Source: an uncultured Bacilli bacterium (GTDB taxonomy: Bacteria; Bacillota_I; Bacilli_A; RF39; UBA660). Taken from it: 64,000 nt of DNA. The stretch is from the NCBI GenBank assembly GCA_947632595.1, contig CANRPY010000001.1:2457-66456 (forward strand), read 5' to 3'. The translations under genes and the position numbers were made by a program. Shown here piece after piece: positions 17,798 through 28,365 of this stretch (position 1 is its first letter; each line of letters starts with the position of its first letter). A model generated the notes under the pieces. It worked only from the letters and a program-made list of their open reading frames with translations. It made no database searches and had not been told where the DNA came from.

Positions 17798-19192
17798 GTG
17801 TGTTTTAATGGTATGGAAGGGAGTGAAAAGTTGATGAGTTATGCAAGATGGGCATCTAAGGAAGATGTCATTCAAAAATTAAAAAGAGTTAATTTAGAGA
17901 CTGGTGTTTCTAAATCAGGAGTTCCTATCTGTTATGATGATGAGGCAATCTATATCGATGATAGAGAATCTCATACTCTTATTATGGGAAGTACAGGAAG
18001 TGGAAAGACACAGGCTCTTATTTTACCTATGTTGAAACTTTCTATGCTTGCGGGAGAATCTATGGTGATTCACGATGAGAAAGGAGAAATCTATCATCGC
18101 TGTGCAAAGGCATTAAAAGAAAAAGGATATCAAGTTTTGGTATTAGACTTTGATGATGCGAAATATGGAAATAGTTGGAATCCTCTTAGAATGCCCTATG
18201 AGCTTTATCAAAAAGGGGATAAAGATAGAGCCGTCAAATGTATTGAAGATATTGCTTACTATTTATTCTATGAAAAAGCGGAAGCAGGAGTTGATCCTTT
18301 TTGGATTCACTCTGTGATAGATTATTTTACAGGAATTACGTTATATCTTTTTGAAAATGCAAAAAAAGAAGAAGTACATTTAGAAAGTGTTTGTGAATTT
18401 AGTAACTATCTTAATCAAAAAGAAAACTGTGAAAAATTTATGAAAAAGATAGATATTCGTAGTAAAGTCTATCTAAATGTTGTAGGTACTTTGAAAGCAC
18501 CAACAGAAACAAGAGGCAGTATCCTTGCTGTTTTCAATCAAAAAATGAAAAAGTATCTTTCTAGAGAACAATTATCCAATATGTTATCTAGTTCCGATTT
18601 TGCAATTGATAAGTTATCTCAAAAACCTAGTGCTTTATTTATCATTAGTGGTATTTCTAATTATTGTAATCATTTAATTCCTCTATTGGTCAATCAAATT
18701 GTAGATTCTATTCATTTTCTTGGAGGAAGTAAAAAGTACTTTAATATCTTATTAGATGAATTTGATAGTATGGTACCTATTCGAGATTTTTCAAGAATGA
18801 TAGAGTCTTGTCGATCTTTATCGGTTAGAATTACAGTTACTATTCGTAGTTATGTTCATCTATGTAGTATGTATTCTAAGGAAGAAGCAGAAATTTTGAA
18901 AATGTGTTTTGGAAACTTTGTTTACTTATTAAGTGATGATATTTATACCTTAGAAGAAATTTCTAAATATTGCGGAATGCAGATGGTACAAAATCAATTA
19001 GTTCCTTTGGTTACGATAGAAGACTTAAAAATGATTAATCCCTTTGAAGGAATTGTCATTATGCCAAGAACTATGCCATTTAAAACTAAATTTCTACCAG
19101 ATTATCAAATTGATTGGGGTATGGAATTTTTAGAAGAAGAGCTTCCTAAAAGAAAAAGTATTTCCTTAAAATTTTATGAAGAAAAAGAGTAA
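17798..19192 (+). CDS. TraG/VirD4/TraD-like type IV coupling protein ATPase, soluble, no TM segment
   Basis: HTLIMGSTGSGKTQALILP (Walker A) and ILLDEFDSM (Walker B). The likely true start is the ATG at about 17834 (MSYARW) behind GGAAGGGAG. Confidence 0.6.
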   Translation: MCFNGMEGSEKLMSYARWASKEDVIQKLKRVNLETGVSKSGVPICYDDEAIYIDDRESHTLIMGSTGSGKTQALILPMLKLSMLAGESMVIHDEKGEIYHRCAKALKEKGYQVLVLDFDDAKYGNSWNPLRMPYELYQKGDKDRAVKCIEDIAYYLFYEKAEAGVDPFWIHSVIDYFTGITLYLFENAKKEEVHLESVCEFSNYLNQKENCEKFMKKIDIRSKVYLNVVGTLKAPTETRGSILAVFNQKMKKYLSREQLSNMLSSSDFAIDKLSQKPSALFIISGISNYCNHLIPLLVNQIVDSIHFLGGSKKYFNILLDEFDSMVPIRDFSRMIESCRSLSVRITVTIRSYVHLCSMYSKEEAEILKMCFGNFVYLLSDDIYTLEEISKYCGMQMVQNQLVPLVTIEDLKMINPFEGIVIMPRTMPFKTKFLPDYQIDWGMEFLEEELPKRKSISLKFYEEKE

Positions 19193-19286
19193 TCTTTTTC
19201 TTTTTTTGTTTCTTTATAATTTCTTTTCTTTTTTCACATATTTTTTAGGAATTATGGTATAATCATTATTATATGGAGGGGTCTAT

Positions 19287-21872
19287 ATGAGTGATACTGA
19301 AAAAATGGTTGAGGAGCTTATTGCAAGAGCTAAAATTGCGAAGGAAGAATATATGAATCTTACGCAAGAAGATGTAGATCGTATTGTAAAAGCTATGGCT
19401 ATGGCTGTTCTTGATAAACATATGTATCTTGCAGAACTTGCTGTTCAAGAAACAAAAAGAGGTATTTACGAAGATAAGATTACAAAAAATATTTTTGCTT
19501 CTGAATATATTTATCATAATATTAAAAAACATAAGACTGTTGGTGTTATTGTAGATAATGAAGAAGAAGGGTTTATGGAGATTGCAGAACCTATTGGTAT
19601 TATTGCAGGGGTTACTCCTGTTACAAATCCTACTTCTACTGTTTGTTTTAAGTCTTTGATTGCTGCTAAAACTAGAAATGTTATTGTATTTGGATTTCAT
19701 CCTTCCGCACAAAAATGTAGTGTGGAAACCGCTAAGATTTTATTAGATGCTGCTGTAAAGGCTGGGGCTCCAAAAGATTGTATTTTATGGATTGAGAAAC
19801 CTTCTATTGAAGCTACTAGTCTCTTGATGAAGCATCCTGATGTCGATCTTATTTTAGCAACTGGTGGAAAGGGAATGGTTAAAGCTGCTTATTCTTGTGG
19901 AAAACCTGCATTAGGAGTAGGCCCTGGAAATGTTCCTTGTTATATCCATTCTTCTGCTAAGTTAGATACTAGTGTTAATGATTTGGTTATGTCTAAGTCT
20001 TTTGATAATGGTATGATTTGTGCTAGTGAACAAGCCGTTATTGTCGATCTTGATATTCATGAGGCATTTGAAAAATTAATGAAACAAGCTGGATGCTATT
20101 TTGTAAATCGAAATGAAAAAAGACTCTTGCAAGAATATATGTTTCATGAAAAAGATGGAAAATATGAATTAAATAGTGAAGTTGTTGGACAGTACCCTTA
20201 TGATATTGCAAAAAGAGCTGGATTTGATATTCCTTTTGAGACAAAAGTCATTGTTGTCAATGAAATTGGAATTGGAGAAAAATATCCATTCTCTATGGAA
20301 AAGTTAAGTCCTATTCTTACTTATTATGTTGTCAATAACTATAATACCGCACTTAACGTATGTGAAAAATTAATTGAATTTGGTGGTATGGGGCATTCTG
20401 CTGTAATTCATTCTGAAGACCGAGAGATTATTGATTTATTTTCTGAAGTCGTAAAAGTGGGAAGAATTATTGTAAATTCTCCTTCTACTCATGGAGCTAT
20501 TGGAGATATTTATAATACAAATGTTCCTTCTCTTACTTTAGGTTGTGGAACTTTTGGAGGAAATAGTACAACAGATAATGTTTCTTCTATTAATCTGGTA
20601 AACTTAAAACGAGTTGCGAAAAGACAAGTAAATATGCAATGGTTTAAGATTCCTCCTAAAATCTATTTTGAAGCAGGATCTATTCAGTATCTTTCTAAAA
20701 TGTCTGGAATAACAAAAGCTTTTATTGTTACTGATCCTTCTATGGTAGAGTTAGGATATGTGGATAAAGTTATTTATCAATTAGAAAAAAGGGATAATAT
20801 CGTTCATTTTGAAATATTTAGTGAAGTAGAACCAGATCCTTCTTTTGATACTATTGATCGTGGAGTTGCTGCTATGGGGAATTTTCAACCTGATGTGATT
20901 ATTGCCCTAGGTGGTGGTAGTGCCATTGATGCGGCTAAAGGTATGTGGTTATTCTATGAACATCCTGATGTGGATAAAGAGGGACTTAAATTAAAATTTT
21001 TGGATATTCGTAAACGTACTTATAAGTATCCTAAACTTGGATTAAAGGCAAAATTTGTTGCGATTCCTACTACTTCTGGAACTGGTAGTGAAGTGACTAG
21101 TTTTGCAGTTATTACCGATAAAAATAATCATATTAAATATCCGTTTGCAGATTATGAACTTACTCCTGATGTTGCTATTATCGATCCTAATTTTGTATAT
21201 ACATTACCTAAAGTATTAACGGCTGATACGGGAATGGATGTCTTTACTCATGCAGTTGAAGCATATGTTTCTAATATGGCAAGTGATTTTACAGATGGGC
21301 TTGCCGAAAAAGCAGGAGAACTTGTTAAAAATTATTTAGTAGAAGCTTATCTACATCCTGATCATAAAGTTGCACGTGAGAAAATGCATAATGCTAGTAC
21401 GATTGCGGGTATGGCTTTTACCAATGCTTTTTTAGGAATTAATCACTCTCTTGCTCATAAGTTGGGATCTGAATTCCATATCGCTCATGGTAGATGTAAT
21501 GCTATTTTGCTTCCTTATGTTATTCGTTATAATTCGATGCCACCAACAAAGTTTGTATCTTTCCCAAAATATGAACATTTTATAGCCGATCAAAAATATG
21601 CAATGTTTGCGAAAAAGATTGGATTAGATATTCAAGATACAGAAGATGGTATTAATCAATTAATTGCCTGTGTCGAAGAATTAAATAAAGCACTTGGTAT
21701 TCCTGCCTCTTTCCAAGAATATGGACTTCCAGAAGAAGAATATATTTCTAAAGTAGATGAACTTGCTACTAGAGCGTTTGAAGATCAATGTACTACTTCT
21801 AATCCAAGACTTCCTTTGGTAATTGAATTAAAGAAGATTTTAATTGATGCTTATTACGGAATTAACTTTTAG
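19287..21872 (+). CDS. adhE: Bifunctional acetaldehyde-CoA / alcohol dehydrogenase AdhE
   Basis: 861 aa. N-terminal ALDH domain (catalytic Cys context DNGMICASEQ) plus a C-terminal Fe-ADH domain (GGGSAIDAAK, HxxxH region). Confidence 0.92.
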   Translation: MSDTEKMVEELIARAKIAKEEYMNLTQEDVDRIVKAMAMAVLDKHMYLAELAVQETKRGIYEDKITKNIFASEYIYHNIKKHKTVGVIVDNEEEGFMEIAEPIGIIAGVTPVTNPTSTVCFKSLIAAKTRNVIVFGFHPSAQKCSVETAKILLDAAVKAGAPKDCILWIEKPSIEATSLLMKHPDVDLILATGGKGMVKAAYSCGKPALGVGPGNVPCYIHSSAKLDTSVNDLVMSKSFDNGMICASEQAVIVDLDIHEAFEKLMKQAGCYFVNRNEKRLLQEYMFHEKDGKYELNSEVVGQYPYDIAKRAGFDIPFETKVIVVNEIGIGEKYPFSMEKLSPILTYYVVNNYNTALNVCEKLIEFGGMGHSAVIHSEDREIIDLFSEVVKVGRIIVNSPSTHGAIGDIYNTNVPSLTLGCGTFGGNSTTDNVSSINLVNLKRVAKRQVNMQWFKIPPKIYFEAGSIQYLSKMSGITKAFIVTDPSMVELGYVDKVIYQLEKRDNIVHFEIFSEVEPDPSFDTIDRGVAAMGNFQPDVIIALGGGSAIDAAKGMWLFYEHPDVDKEGLKLKFLDIRKRTYKYPKLGLKAKFVAIPTTSGTGSEVTSFAVITDKNNHIKYPFADYELTPDVAIIDPNFVYTLPKVLTADTGMDVFTHAVEAYVSNMASDFTDGLAEKAGELVKNYLVEAYLHPDHKVAREKMHNASTIAGMAFTNAFLGINHSLAHKLGSEFHIAHGRCNAILLPYVIRYNSMPPTKFVSFPKYEHFIADQKYAMFAKKIGLDIQDTEDGINQLIACVEELNKALGIPASFQEYGLPEEEYISKVDELATRAFEDQCTTSNPRLPLVIELKKILIDAYYGINF

Positions 21873-21905
21873 ATTCTATCCTTATCAAAAAGTATTTTAT
21901 TTGTA

Positions 21906-21929
21906 AAAAGATAACTTTGTTTATCTTTT
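21906..21929 (+). terminator. Intrinsic terminator after adhE
   Basis: AAAAGATAA-loop-TTATCTTTT followed by a T-rich tract. Confidence 0.6.
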
Positions 21930-21978
21930 TTCTTTTTGTTCCTTATGATATAATGAATTTATACTAGGAAGTGGTTGT

Positions 21979-23163
21979 ATGCGTGAAGTCATTAGTAAAG
22001 AAGAACAGAGAGAGGTTCGAAAAAAGCAAATTACTTTGTTGGTACAGTCTTACTATGAAAGACTTCCTTTCTTACAATATGAACCTTTAAATTTATTGAT
22101 TGAAAAAGCATTAGATTTATTTTTAGATAGTGATCTTACGATTGATGAGATTAATGATAAATTATTAGAGGCGATTGCTAGTAGAAAAAAAGATTTAGAT
22201 GATCGTTATGATAGTGAAAAAGTACGAGAAAATCATGAAGTGATTTATGGTCAATTAGAACAACTTGCTAGAGAACTGAATGCTGCTGGGGTTGATTATC
22301 AATTAGCTGGTGCTTTGTGTGGATATCTTTCTTATCAGGAAGAGTCTAGTAGGTGTCATGATGATATTGATCTTTATGTCAATGAAAAAGATCTTGGTAA
22401 ATTTCATCAAGTTTGTGATCGGTTGGGTCTTTCTTTTTCTGATCGAAGATTTGACTCTCCTCGTGTTTTAAAGAATGAAAAACCTAGTGGAGAGCATGAG
22501 GTTGTTGCAAGCAATCCAGAGGATTCATTCCACGTTGGAGTATTTCCTTTTGAAAGGAAGGAAAATGGTGAAGTCGTTACAAAAAACTATTATCATGCAG
22601 AAGATGGATCTCCTTGGGTTCGAGAAGAAGTTTTCTCTTCCGATGCTGCACATGAGATTTTCGGTCATCAAGAAGTTGACTTTAGAGGAACTCCTCTTAC
22701 CATTACTCCACCAGAATATATTTATCATTTAAAAACGTATACTGCAAAACAAAAAGATCAATATGATATGCAATTTCTAGATAGCAGAATGGATGGGAAT
22801 CGGTATGACAAAATTGTAAGACTATGTCATGAGGGAAAATCCGTTCAAAATATTCCAATTTCTTCTAAACCTTTTCAAGAACAAGTGGACTCTGTTCGAG
22901 GAGAAGATGAAGAAAGAGAATTACAACAGATGCTTTCTGATCATGGTATGTTAAATGATGATTCTAAAAATAATTCCAGAGAAAAGGAGGGAGCAAAAGT
23001 GTTTGTTAAAAAGAAAGATGAACCAGTAGAAGCTCATCAAGAACAGCAAGCTACTAGTAATGAAGATGGTTTCATTAGTAATACCATTATTACTACACTT
23101 GCATTAATTACTTTTGTGTTATGTTTTATTGGTATTGCTGTACTTTACCTTATTCAAATGTAG
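21979..23163 (+). CDS. Nucleotidyltransferase-fold protein with charged linker and C-terminal TM anchor
   Basis: LAGALCGYL..x..HDDIDLYV resembles the Gx..DxD minimal NTase / aminoglycoside-2''-adenylyltransferase-like motif. C-terminal ITTLALITFVLCFIGIAVLYLI. Confidence 0.45.
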   Translation: MREVISKEEQREVRKKQITLLVQSYYERLPFLQYEPLNLLIEKALDLFLDSDLTIDEINDKLLEAIASRKKDLDDRYDSEKVRENHEVIYGQLEQLARELNAAGVDYQLAGALCGYLSYQEESSRCHDDIDLYVNEKDLGKFHQVCDRLGLSFSDRRFDSPRVLKNEKPSGEHEVVASNPEDSFHVGVFPFERKENGEVVTKNYYHAEDGSPWVREEVFSSDAAHEIFGHQEVDFRGTPLTITPPEYIYHLKTYTAKQKDQYDMQFLDSRMDGNRYDKIVRLCHEGKSVQNIPISSKPFQEQVDSVRGEDEERELQQMLSDHGMLNDDSKNNSREKEGAKVFVKKKDEPVEAHQEQQATSNEDGFISNTIITTLALITFVLCFIGIAVLYLIQM

Positions 23164-23229
23164 AAAGTTACTCATACATCGTTATGGGTTTTCTTTTTTT
23201 ATGGTAGAATATGTTATGAGGTTGATGTT

Positions 23230-24120
23230 ATGGAACTTTATAAAAATTGTGTGATTTGTCCTAGAAAATGTGGAGTCAATCGTTATGAGAAAGTCGGAGT
23301 ATGTGGAGCTTCTAATAAACTAAAGGTCGCTTACTATAGTCTTCATATGTGGGAGGAACCTGTTTTATCGGGAGAACGTGGAAGTGGGACTGTTTTCTTT
23401 TCTCATTGCAATTTAAAATGTATCTATTGTCAAAATAAAAAAATTAGTCTTGATGGATATGGAAAAGAAATCTCTAATAAAAAATTAGGAGAGATTCTAT
23501 TAGAGTTACAAGAGAGAGGTGCTCATAATATTAATCTAGTAACCCCTACTCATTATGCTCCGAATATTGCTGGAGTATTACGAAAAATTAAAAATAAAGA
23601 GCTTAAAATTCCTGTTGTTTATAATACTAGTAGTTATGAAAATGTTGGTACTTTAATGATGATGAATTCTCTTGTGGATATTTATCTTGCGGATCTACGT
23701 TACTATGATGATTCTTTAGCAGTTACTTATTCACAATGCCCTCACTATTTTGAGACTGCTACTATGGCAATTGATGAGATGTATCGACAAGTTGGAAGTC
23801 CTGTGTTTGATGATAAGGGAATGATGCAGAAGGGTCTTATCGTTAGGGTTCTTATTTTACCAGGACATTTGGAGGATGCTAAAAATATTATTCGTTATTT
23901 GTATCAAACTTATCACGATGATATCTTTATTAGCATTATGAATCAATATACTCCAGTGAATCCTTGTATTTATCAACAACTAAATCGAAAATTAACGCCT
24001 GAAGAGTATGACGAAGTGATTCATTATGCATTAGAGCTTGGAGTTTCCAATGCTTTTATTCAGGAAGAAGGAACGGCAGATGAGAGTTTTATTCCTGATT
24101 TCAATACCAATGTTTTGTGA
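23230..24120 (+). CDS. Radical SAM protein, PflX-type (pyruvate formate-lyase activase-like)
   Basis: CNLKCIYCQN CxxxCxxC cluster motif. The N-terminal Cys pattern CVICPRKCGVNR is typical of the PflX-like family. Confidence 0.75.
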   Translation: MELYKNCVICPRKCGVNRYEKVGVCGASNKLKVAYYSLHMWEEPVLSGERGSGTVFFSHCNLKCIYCQNKKISLDGYGKEISNKKLGEILLELQERGAHNINLVTPTHYAPNIAGVLRKIKNKELKIPVVYNTSSYENVGTLMMMNSLVDIYLADLRYYDDSLAVTYSQCPHYFETATMAIDEMYRQVGSPVFDDKGMMQKGLIVRVLILPGHLEDAKNIIRYLYQTYHDDIFISIMNQYTPVNPCIYQQLNRKLTPEEYDEVIHYALELGVSNAFIQEEGTADESFIPDFNTNVL

Positions 24121-24194
24121 GTAATTTGTGAAAATTGCTCATTTTCTTTGTGTTTTTGTTGATTTGTGTTATTATTATTTTAGGAGGTTATAAA

Positions 24195-24764
24195 ATGAAG
24201 AAATTAAAATATTTATTTTTATTGATTGCTCTTCTTGTTGTTCCTTTCGTTGCTTTTGCTGAAGGAGAAGAGGCAACTTCTGATTCAGGAGAGACAGGTG
24301 AGGTAGATAACCGTGTTGTTGTATACTTCTTCCATGGTGATGGATGTCCTCATTGTGCAGAAGCTGAAGAATGGTTTGATTCTATTCAAGAAGAATATGG
24401 TTCTAAATTCCGTATTGAACCATATGAGACTTGGTCTGATGAAGACAATGCGACTTTAATGCAACAAATTTCTGATGCAAGAGGAGATAATGCTACTGGT
24501 GTTCCTTATATTATTATAGGAGATAAGTCATGGGTAGGATTCAATGCTGATACTATGGGAGACGAAATTAAAGCTCAAATTGATCAAGTATATGAAACAC
24601 CTGTAGAAAGTAGATATGATGTTTTATCTGCTGTTGATGGTACAACTGAAAAGAAAGAAGAAAAATCTAGTACAACTGATGTCATTGTTATTGTTACTAT
24701 TCTTGTAGTTGCAGCTGGTATTGGATTTGGTCTATATGCTGCTAGAAAGCAAGTAGCTGCGTAG
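24195..24764 (+). CDS. Secreted/anchored thioredoxin-fold protein
   Basis: ATG at 24195 behind AGGAGG. Signal peptide MKKLKYLFLLIALLVVPFVAFA, CPHC redox motif, C-terminal TM VIVIVTILVVAAGIGFGLY. Confidence 0.7.
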   Translation: MKKLKYLFLLIALLVVPFVAFAEGEEATSDSGETGEVDNRVVVYFFHGDGCPHCAEAEEWFDSIQEEYGSKFRIEPYETWSDEDNATLMQQISDARGDNATGVPYIIIGDKSWVGFNADTMGDEIKAQIDQVYETPVESRYDVLSAVDGTTEKKEEKSSTTDVIVIVTILVVAAGIGFGLYAARKQVAA

Positions 24765-24821
24765 GAAATCAAAAAGTTCACATAACAAGTACCTAGATGG
24801 GTATTTGCATGTGAACTTTTC

Positions 24822-25824
24822 TTATGCAACAATTAATTTTTGACCAACGGATAGAAGGTTGTTTTCAAGTCCATTTAGTCTTTTTAATTCTTCTACTGTT
24901 AGATTAAATTTTTTAGAAACAGACCATAAGGTGTCACCTGGTTCTACTATGTAGATGTTTGATGACTCTTCTGGTGGAATATTCTTTTTCGGTACTAATA
25001 GTTTTTGACCGATCTGTAGAGTTAGATTGGTTAAGTTATTTAGTTCAATTAAATCTGGAACGGTTATATTGTATTTTTGGGAGATTAGCCACAAGCTATC
25101 TCCTTTTTGTACGACGTATACATCATAGTCGGATGGAGATGGTTCTGGGGTTGTTGGAGGAGAAATGGTTTCCCCTACTCCTGGAATATAGAGTTGTTGT
25201 CCTATGGATAAGGTGTTTGTTGTTAGAGAATTTGCTTCTATAATATCTTCAATCGATGTATTAAACTTTCTAGAAATAGAGTATAGGGTATCACCTTTTT
25301 CTACTGTATAGTAAGTTCCAGGTATTGGCCCTGGAAGAGGAGTTTCTTCCTCTTCTTTATCCTTTAGATATAAGACTTGTCCTATTGTTAAGGTGTCTGT
25401 TTCTAAGTTATTGATTCGTTTTAAGTCTGGTATTGAGATTTGAAATCTCTTGCTTATAGAATATAGAGTATCTCCTTTTTGTACGATGTAGGTTTCTTGA
25501 GATGTTTGTTCTGTATTGGCAGAGTATGGATATCCTAGGTATTCGCAGATGGCTTCTACTACTCCTTCTGCGTATAGCAAGGCATCCCTTTTTAGTTTTG
25601 CCGCGTCTTTTGCATTATCAATAAATCCATATTCTACAAGGACTGGTTCTGTTACATCGGTCTCTCTTAGGATGTAGTAGTAATCTTTATTAGGGTTTTC
25701 TGGTAATCTTCGTTGGTATACTTTTCTTTTTATTTGCCCTTTAGAACCGATTTTATCTAGTATTAGGTTAGCGAAGGTAGAGTCATTCTTAAGAGAGAAT
25801 ACGACTTCGGCGCCTGCGCCACCT
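24822..25824 (-). pseudogene. C-terminal fragment of a split N-acetylmuramoyl-L-alanine amidase (Amidase_3) with four LysM repeats
   Basis: My translation of 25824-25581 reads GGAGAEVVFSLKNDSTFANLILDKIG...DYYYILRETDVTEPVLVEYGFIDNAKDA, the C-terminal half of Amidase_3. It runs in frame into the tracked ORF 24822-25580, which has four repeats of the YxVxKGDTLxxIS LysM motif. Confidence 0.85.
25820..25824. repeat. Left copy of the 5-bp CACCT junction core (att)
   Basis: Host ...gcgcctgcgcCACCTgaaattgaccc... element. The same pentamer occurs at 35283-35287. Confidence 0.65.
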
Positions 25825-25834
25825 GAAATTGACC

Positions 25835-26044
25835 CTAGTGGTTATTATTATCAATTAGTTTTTTTATTGCTTCTTCATATTGATATTTATTTATAATTGT
25901 ACTTTTATTATACTCATGTTTTAATTCTGTAACCAATTTCATTAAATCTTTTGTAAAGTCATCGAAATTATTGTTTTCATCTATGACTTTATTTACTAAT
26001 TCTTTCCAATTATTATCAATTTTTATAGCTTGTTCTACTGTCAT
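25835..26044 (-). CDS. Small helical hypothetical protein (possible recombination directionality factor)
   Basis: 69-aa ORF immediately downstream of the recombinase gene, at the element end. No motif recognised; the function is inferred from position only. Confidence 0.3.
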   Translation of the reverse strand: MTVEQAIKIDNNWKELVNKVIDENNNFDDFTKDLMKLVTELKHEYNKSTIINKYQYEEAIKKLIDNNNH

Positions 26045-26063
26045 ATTTTTTCTCCTTTCTTTT

Positions 26064-27722
26064 TCATTTTATTTTACCATACCTTCCGTAAGGATTTCTT
26101 ACTAAATTCTTATCAGTGTATTTAAAGGTATAGTCATCAAGAATTTGATATTTGAACTTAATTGTTATATTTCGATTTTCATCTGCTTCTATTCTATCTA
26201 TTATGGTAAATAACAAGTCTCTATTTGGTTTTTCTAAATTTAATAATTCTTTTATCTTCTTTGTATAATTTGGTATCTTATTAGCATTATTTTTCCTTTT
26301 CATAATTTCTAATTCTACTTCTTCTAGTTTATCTTTAAGTTTTTTCATTTTTTGCTCATAAGGAGATACTATCATTTTATAAGAGTCTAAAGAAATGTTA
26401 CCATCAATTCGATCTTGATAAACTGTTTGAATATTAGAAGATAATTTTAAAATGTCTTTTTCAATATCTTTTTTTATTTCATCTAGTGATTTAGTACCAG
26501 AATTGGTTCTATTTATAATTTCGTTATTTAATTCTTTAATACTTAATCCTTTAAATAAATCGGATAATAATTTATTTAATTCTTCTAATACTTCTTCTTC
26601 AAAATATTCATAAGGGAAAAAATGCGTTTTGCATCTTCCTCTAATGGGATCTCTAGCATATCTATTACAATTAATAGTCCAGTAGTTATGATTCTTTCTA
26701 TAAATTACTCCTAACCGATTCCCACATTCTTTACAGAAGATTAATCCCTCTAGCAATCTTGTTGGTCTTTTTGTTTTTTTTTCAACTTTTCGATTATGAT
26801 TATCTCTTTTTTTATTAATAATCCTAAATGTCTCTTTATCTACTAATGGTTCATGAGTATTTTCTACTATTACCCATAAACTTTGGTCAAGAGTTATTTT
26901 CTTTTTAGATTTATAACTAATATTGGTCTGAGTATGTTGTACCATATCACCAGTATACATTCTGTTACTCAATATTTTTTTTACTGAATGTATTGTCCAC
27001 TCATTTTTTTCTTTTACTCTAGAAGATATTGGTAAATTCTTATAAGCACTTGGTGTTGGTGCACCTAATTTAGTAAGTCGAGTAGCTATTTCTGATATTC
27101 CTATATCATTTGCTCTCCATTCAAACATTTGCTTAACATAGTGAGCTGTATTAGGATCTATTATTAAATGCCCTTTATCTTCTGGGTCTCTCATATAACC
27201 ATAACACGGTTTGCTCCCAATAAATTTACCATCTTTTCTTTTAGAATCTAATACATTCCTTATTTTTAATGAATTTTGTTTACTATAATAATCATTACAA
27301 GCAATAATAAATGTTGACGAATCATTACTTGCTTGATTTTTCATACTATCATAGTTTTCAACAATAGATATAAATCTTACTTTGTTTTCTGGAAAATATG
27401 TTTCAATATAGTAACCCGTCATTACATGATCTCTACCTAGCCTTGATAAATCTTTTACTACTACAAGATTAATCTTTTTATTTTTTATATCTTCCATCAT
27501 TCTTATAAATCCAGGTCTATCAAAATTTGTTCCTGAATAGCCATCATCTACATACTCATCTATTAAATTAAATCCATTTTTTAAACAATAGTCTCTTAAT
27601 ATTTCTTTTTGATTAGTAACACTTTCGCTATCTGACTCATATTTTTTATCTTTATCTTCTTGAGAAAGTCTAATATAAATACCAGCATTATAATTCATAT
27701 TTGTTAAGTAACTATAATTCAT
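26064..27722 (-). CDS. Large serine recombinase (resolvase N-terminal + recombinase + zinc-ribbon domains)
   Basis: GIYIRLSQEDKD (catalytic Ser), VVVKDLSRLGRD, recombinase-domain body, CKECGNRL...CNRY zinc ribbon, C-terminal coiled coil. Confidence 0.9.
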   Translation of the reverse strand: MNYSYLTNMNYNAGIYIRLSQEDKDKKYESDSESVTNQKEILRDYCLKNGFNLIDEYVDDGYSGTNFDRPGFIRMMEDIKNKKINLVVVKDLSRLGRDHVMTGYYIETYFPENKVRFISIVENYDSMKNQASNDSSTFIIACNDYYSKQNSLKIRNVLDSKRKDGKFIGSKPCYGYMRDPEDKGHLIIDPNTAHYVKQMFEWRANDIGISEIATRLTKLGAPTPSAYKNLPISSRVKEKNEWTIHSVKKILSNRMYTGDMVQHTQTNISYKSKKKITLDQSLWVIVENTHEPLVDKETFRIINKKRDNHNRKVEKKTKRPTRLLEGLIFCKECGNRLGVIYRKNHNYWTINCNRYARDPIRGRCKTHFFPYEYFEEEVLEELNKLLSDLFKGLSIKELNNEIINRTNSGTKSLDEIKKDIEKDILKLSSNIQTVYQDRIDGNISLDSYKMIVSPYEQKMKKLKDKLEEVELEIMKRKNNANKIPNYTKKIKELLNLEKPNRDLLFTIIDRIEADENRNITIKFKYQILDDYTFKYTDKNLVRNPYGRYGKIK

Positions 27723-27795
27723 TTTCTACCTCCTCATTCTATAGCACTTAACTTTCTTCGAGACAAGTGCATCTTACCATGATAAATAAAAATAA

Positions 27796-27831
27796 GCAAA
27801 TCACTAGAACTGTTTTTCTTCTAGAATTTGC
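27796..27831 (-). terminator. Intrinsic terminator downstream of the SSB-like gene
   Basis: Minus strand: GCAAATTCTAGAAG-loop-TTCTAGTGATTTGC followed by TTATTTTTATTT. Confidence 0.55.
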
Positions 27832-27915
27832 TTTAATAAATAATTTAATATTAATTCTTTAAAAATTTCTTTTTTATCTTCTTCCATACTTAAATCTATG
27901 TCCACAATAAAAGGT

Positions 27916-28365
27916 TTATTCACTAGAATCACCATCCTTAAATTGACCAAGTAATTCTTCTAGTTCAGCAAGTTCTTCTTCAGTTGGTGGAATAGATTCG
28001 CATCTTTTACCATTCCAAGTTTCAACTCCATCATAATCAATTCCAATAATAGGACCATTTGCACTAATGAAATCATATTCTTCTATCTTTGTAACAGTAA
28101 CATAATTATGTATCTTTTTATTTTTATCTTGATATGAATTTAAATATCCTTTCAAATAAACATTTTTACCCAATAAAAAAAGACCTTTATTATTCTCATA
28201 AAGATCCTTATAAACTTTTAAACTAGCATATACTAAATTATCTTTTTCTTTTGGTGAATACTTTTTACAAGTAAGTCCCAAAATAATGTATTTATTGTTA
28301 ATTAAAATATTGTTTATATTTCCTGATAATAACACCTCATTATATGTCATAAACAAAACCTCCAT
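27916..28365 (-). CDS. OB-fold single-stranded DNA-binding-like protein
   Basis: NEVLLSGNI...LKVYKDLYENN...GKNVYLKGYLNSYQDKNKK follows the SSB OB-fold pattern. The C-terminus is acidic but lacks the canonical DDDxPF tip. Confidence 0.4.
   Translation of the reverse strand: MEVLFMTYNEVLLSGNINNILINNKYIILGLTCKKYSPKEKDNLVYASLKVYKDLYENNKGLFLLGKNVYLKGYLNSYQDKNKKIHNYVTVTKIEEYDFISANGPIIGIDYDGVETWNGKRCESIPPTEEELAELEELLGQFKDGDSSE

Noticed and set aside
19269-19712. 147-aa minus-strand ORF overlapping the adhE 5' end.
   Set aside because: It is antisense to a highly conserved gene, with an N/F/I/S-rich nonsense-like sequence and no RBS context.
24135-24194. N-terminal 20-aa extension of the thioredoxin-like ORF given in the track.
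   Set aside because: The ATG at 24195 has a strong AGGAGG SD and starts a canonical signal peptide. The upstream extension is hydrophobic read-through without an RBS.
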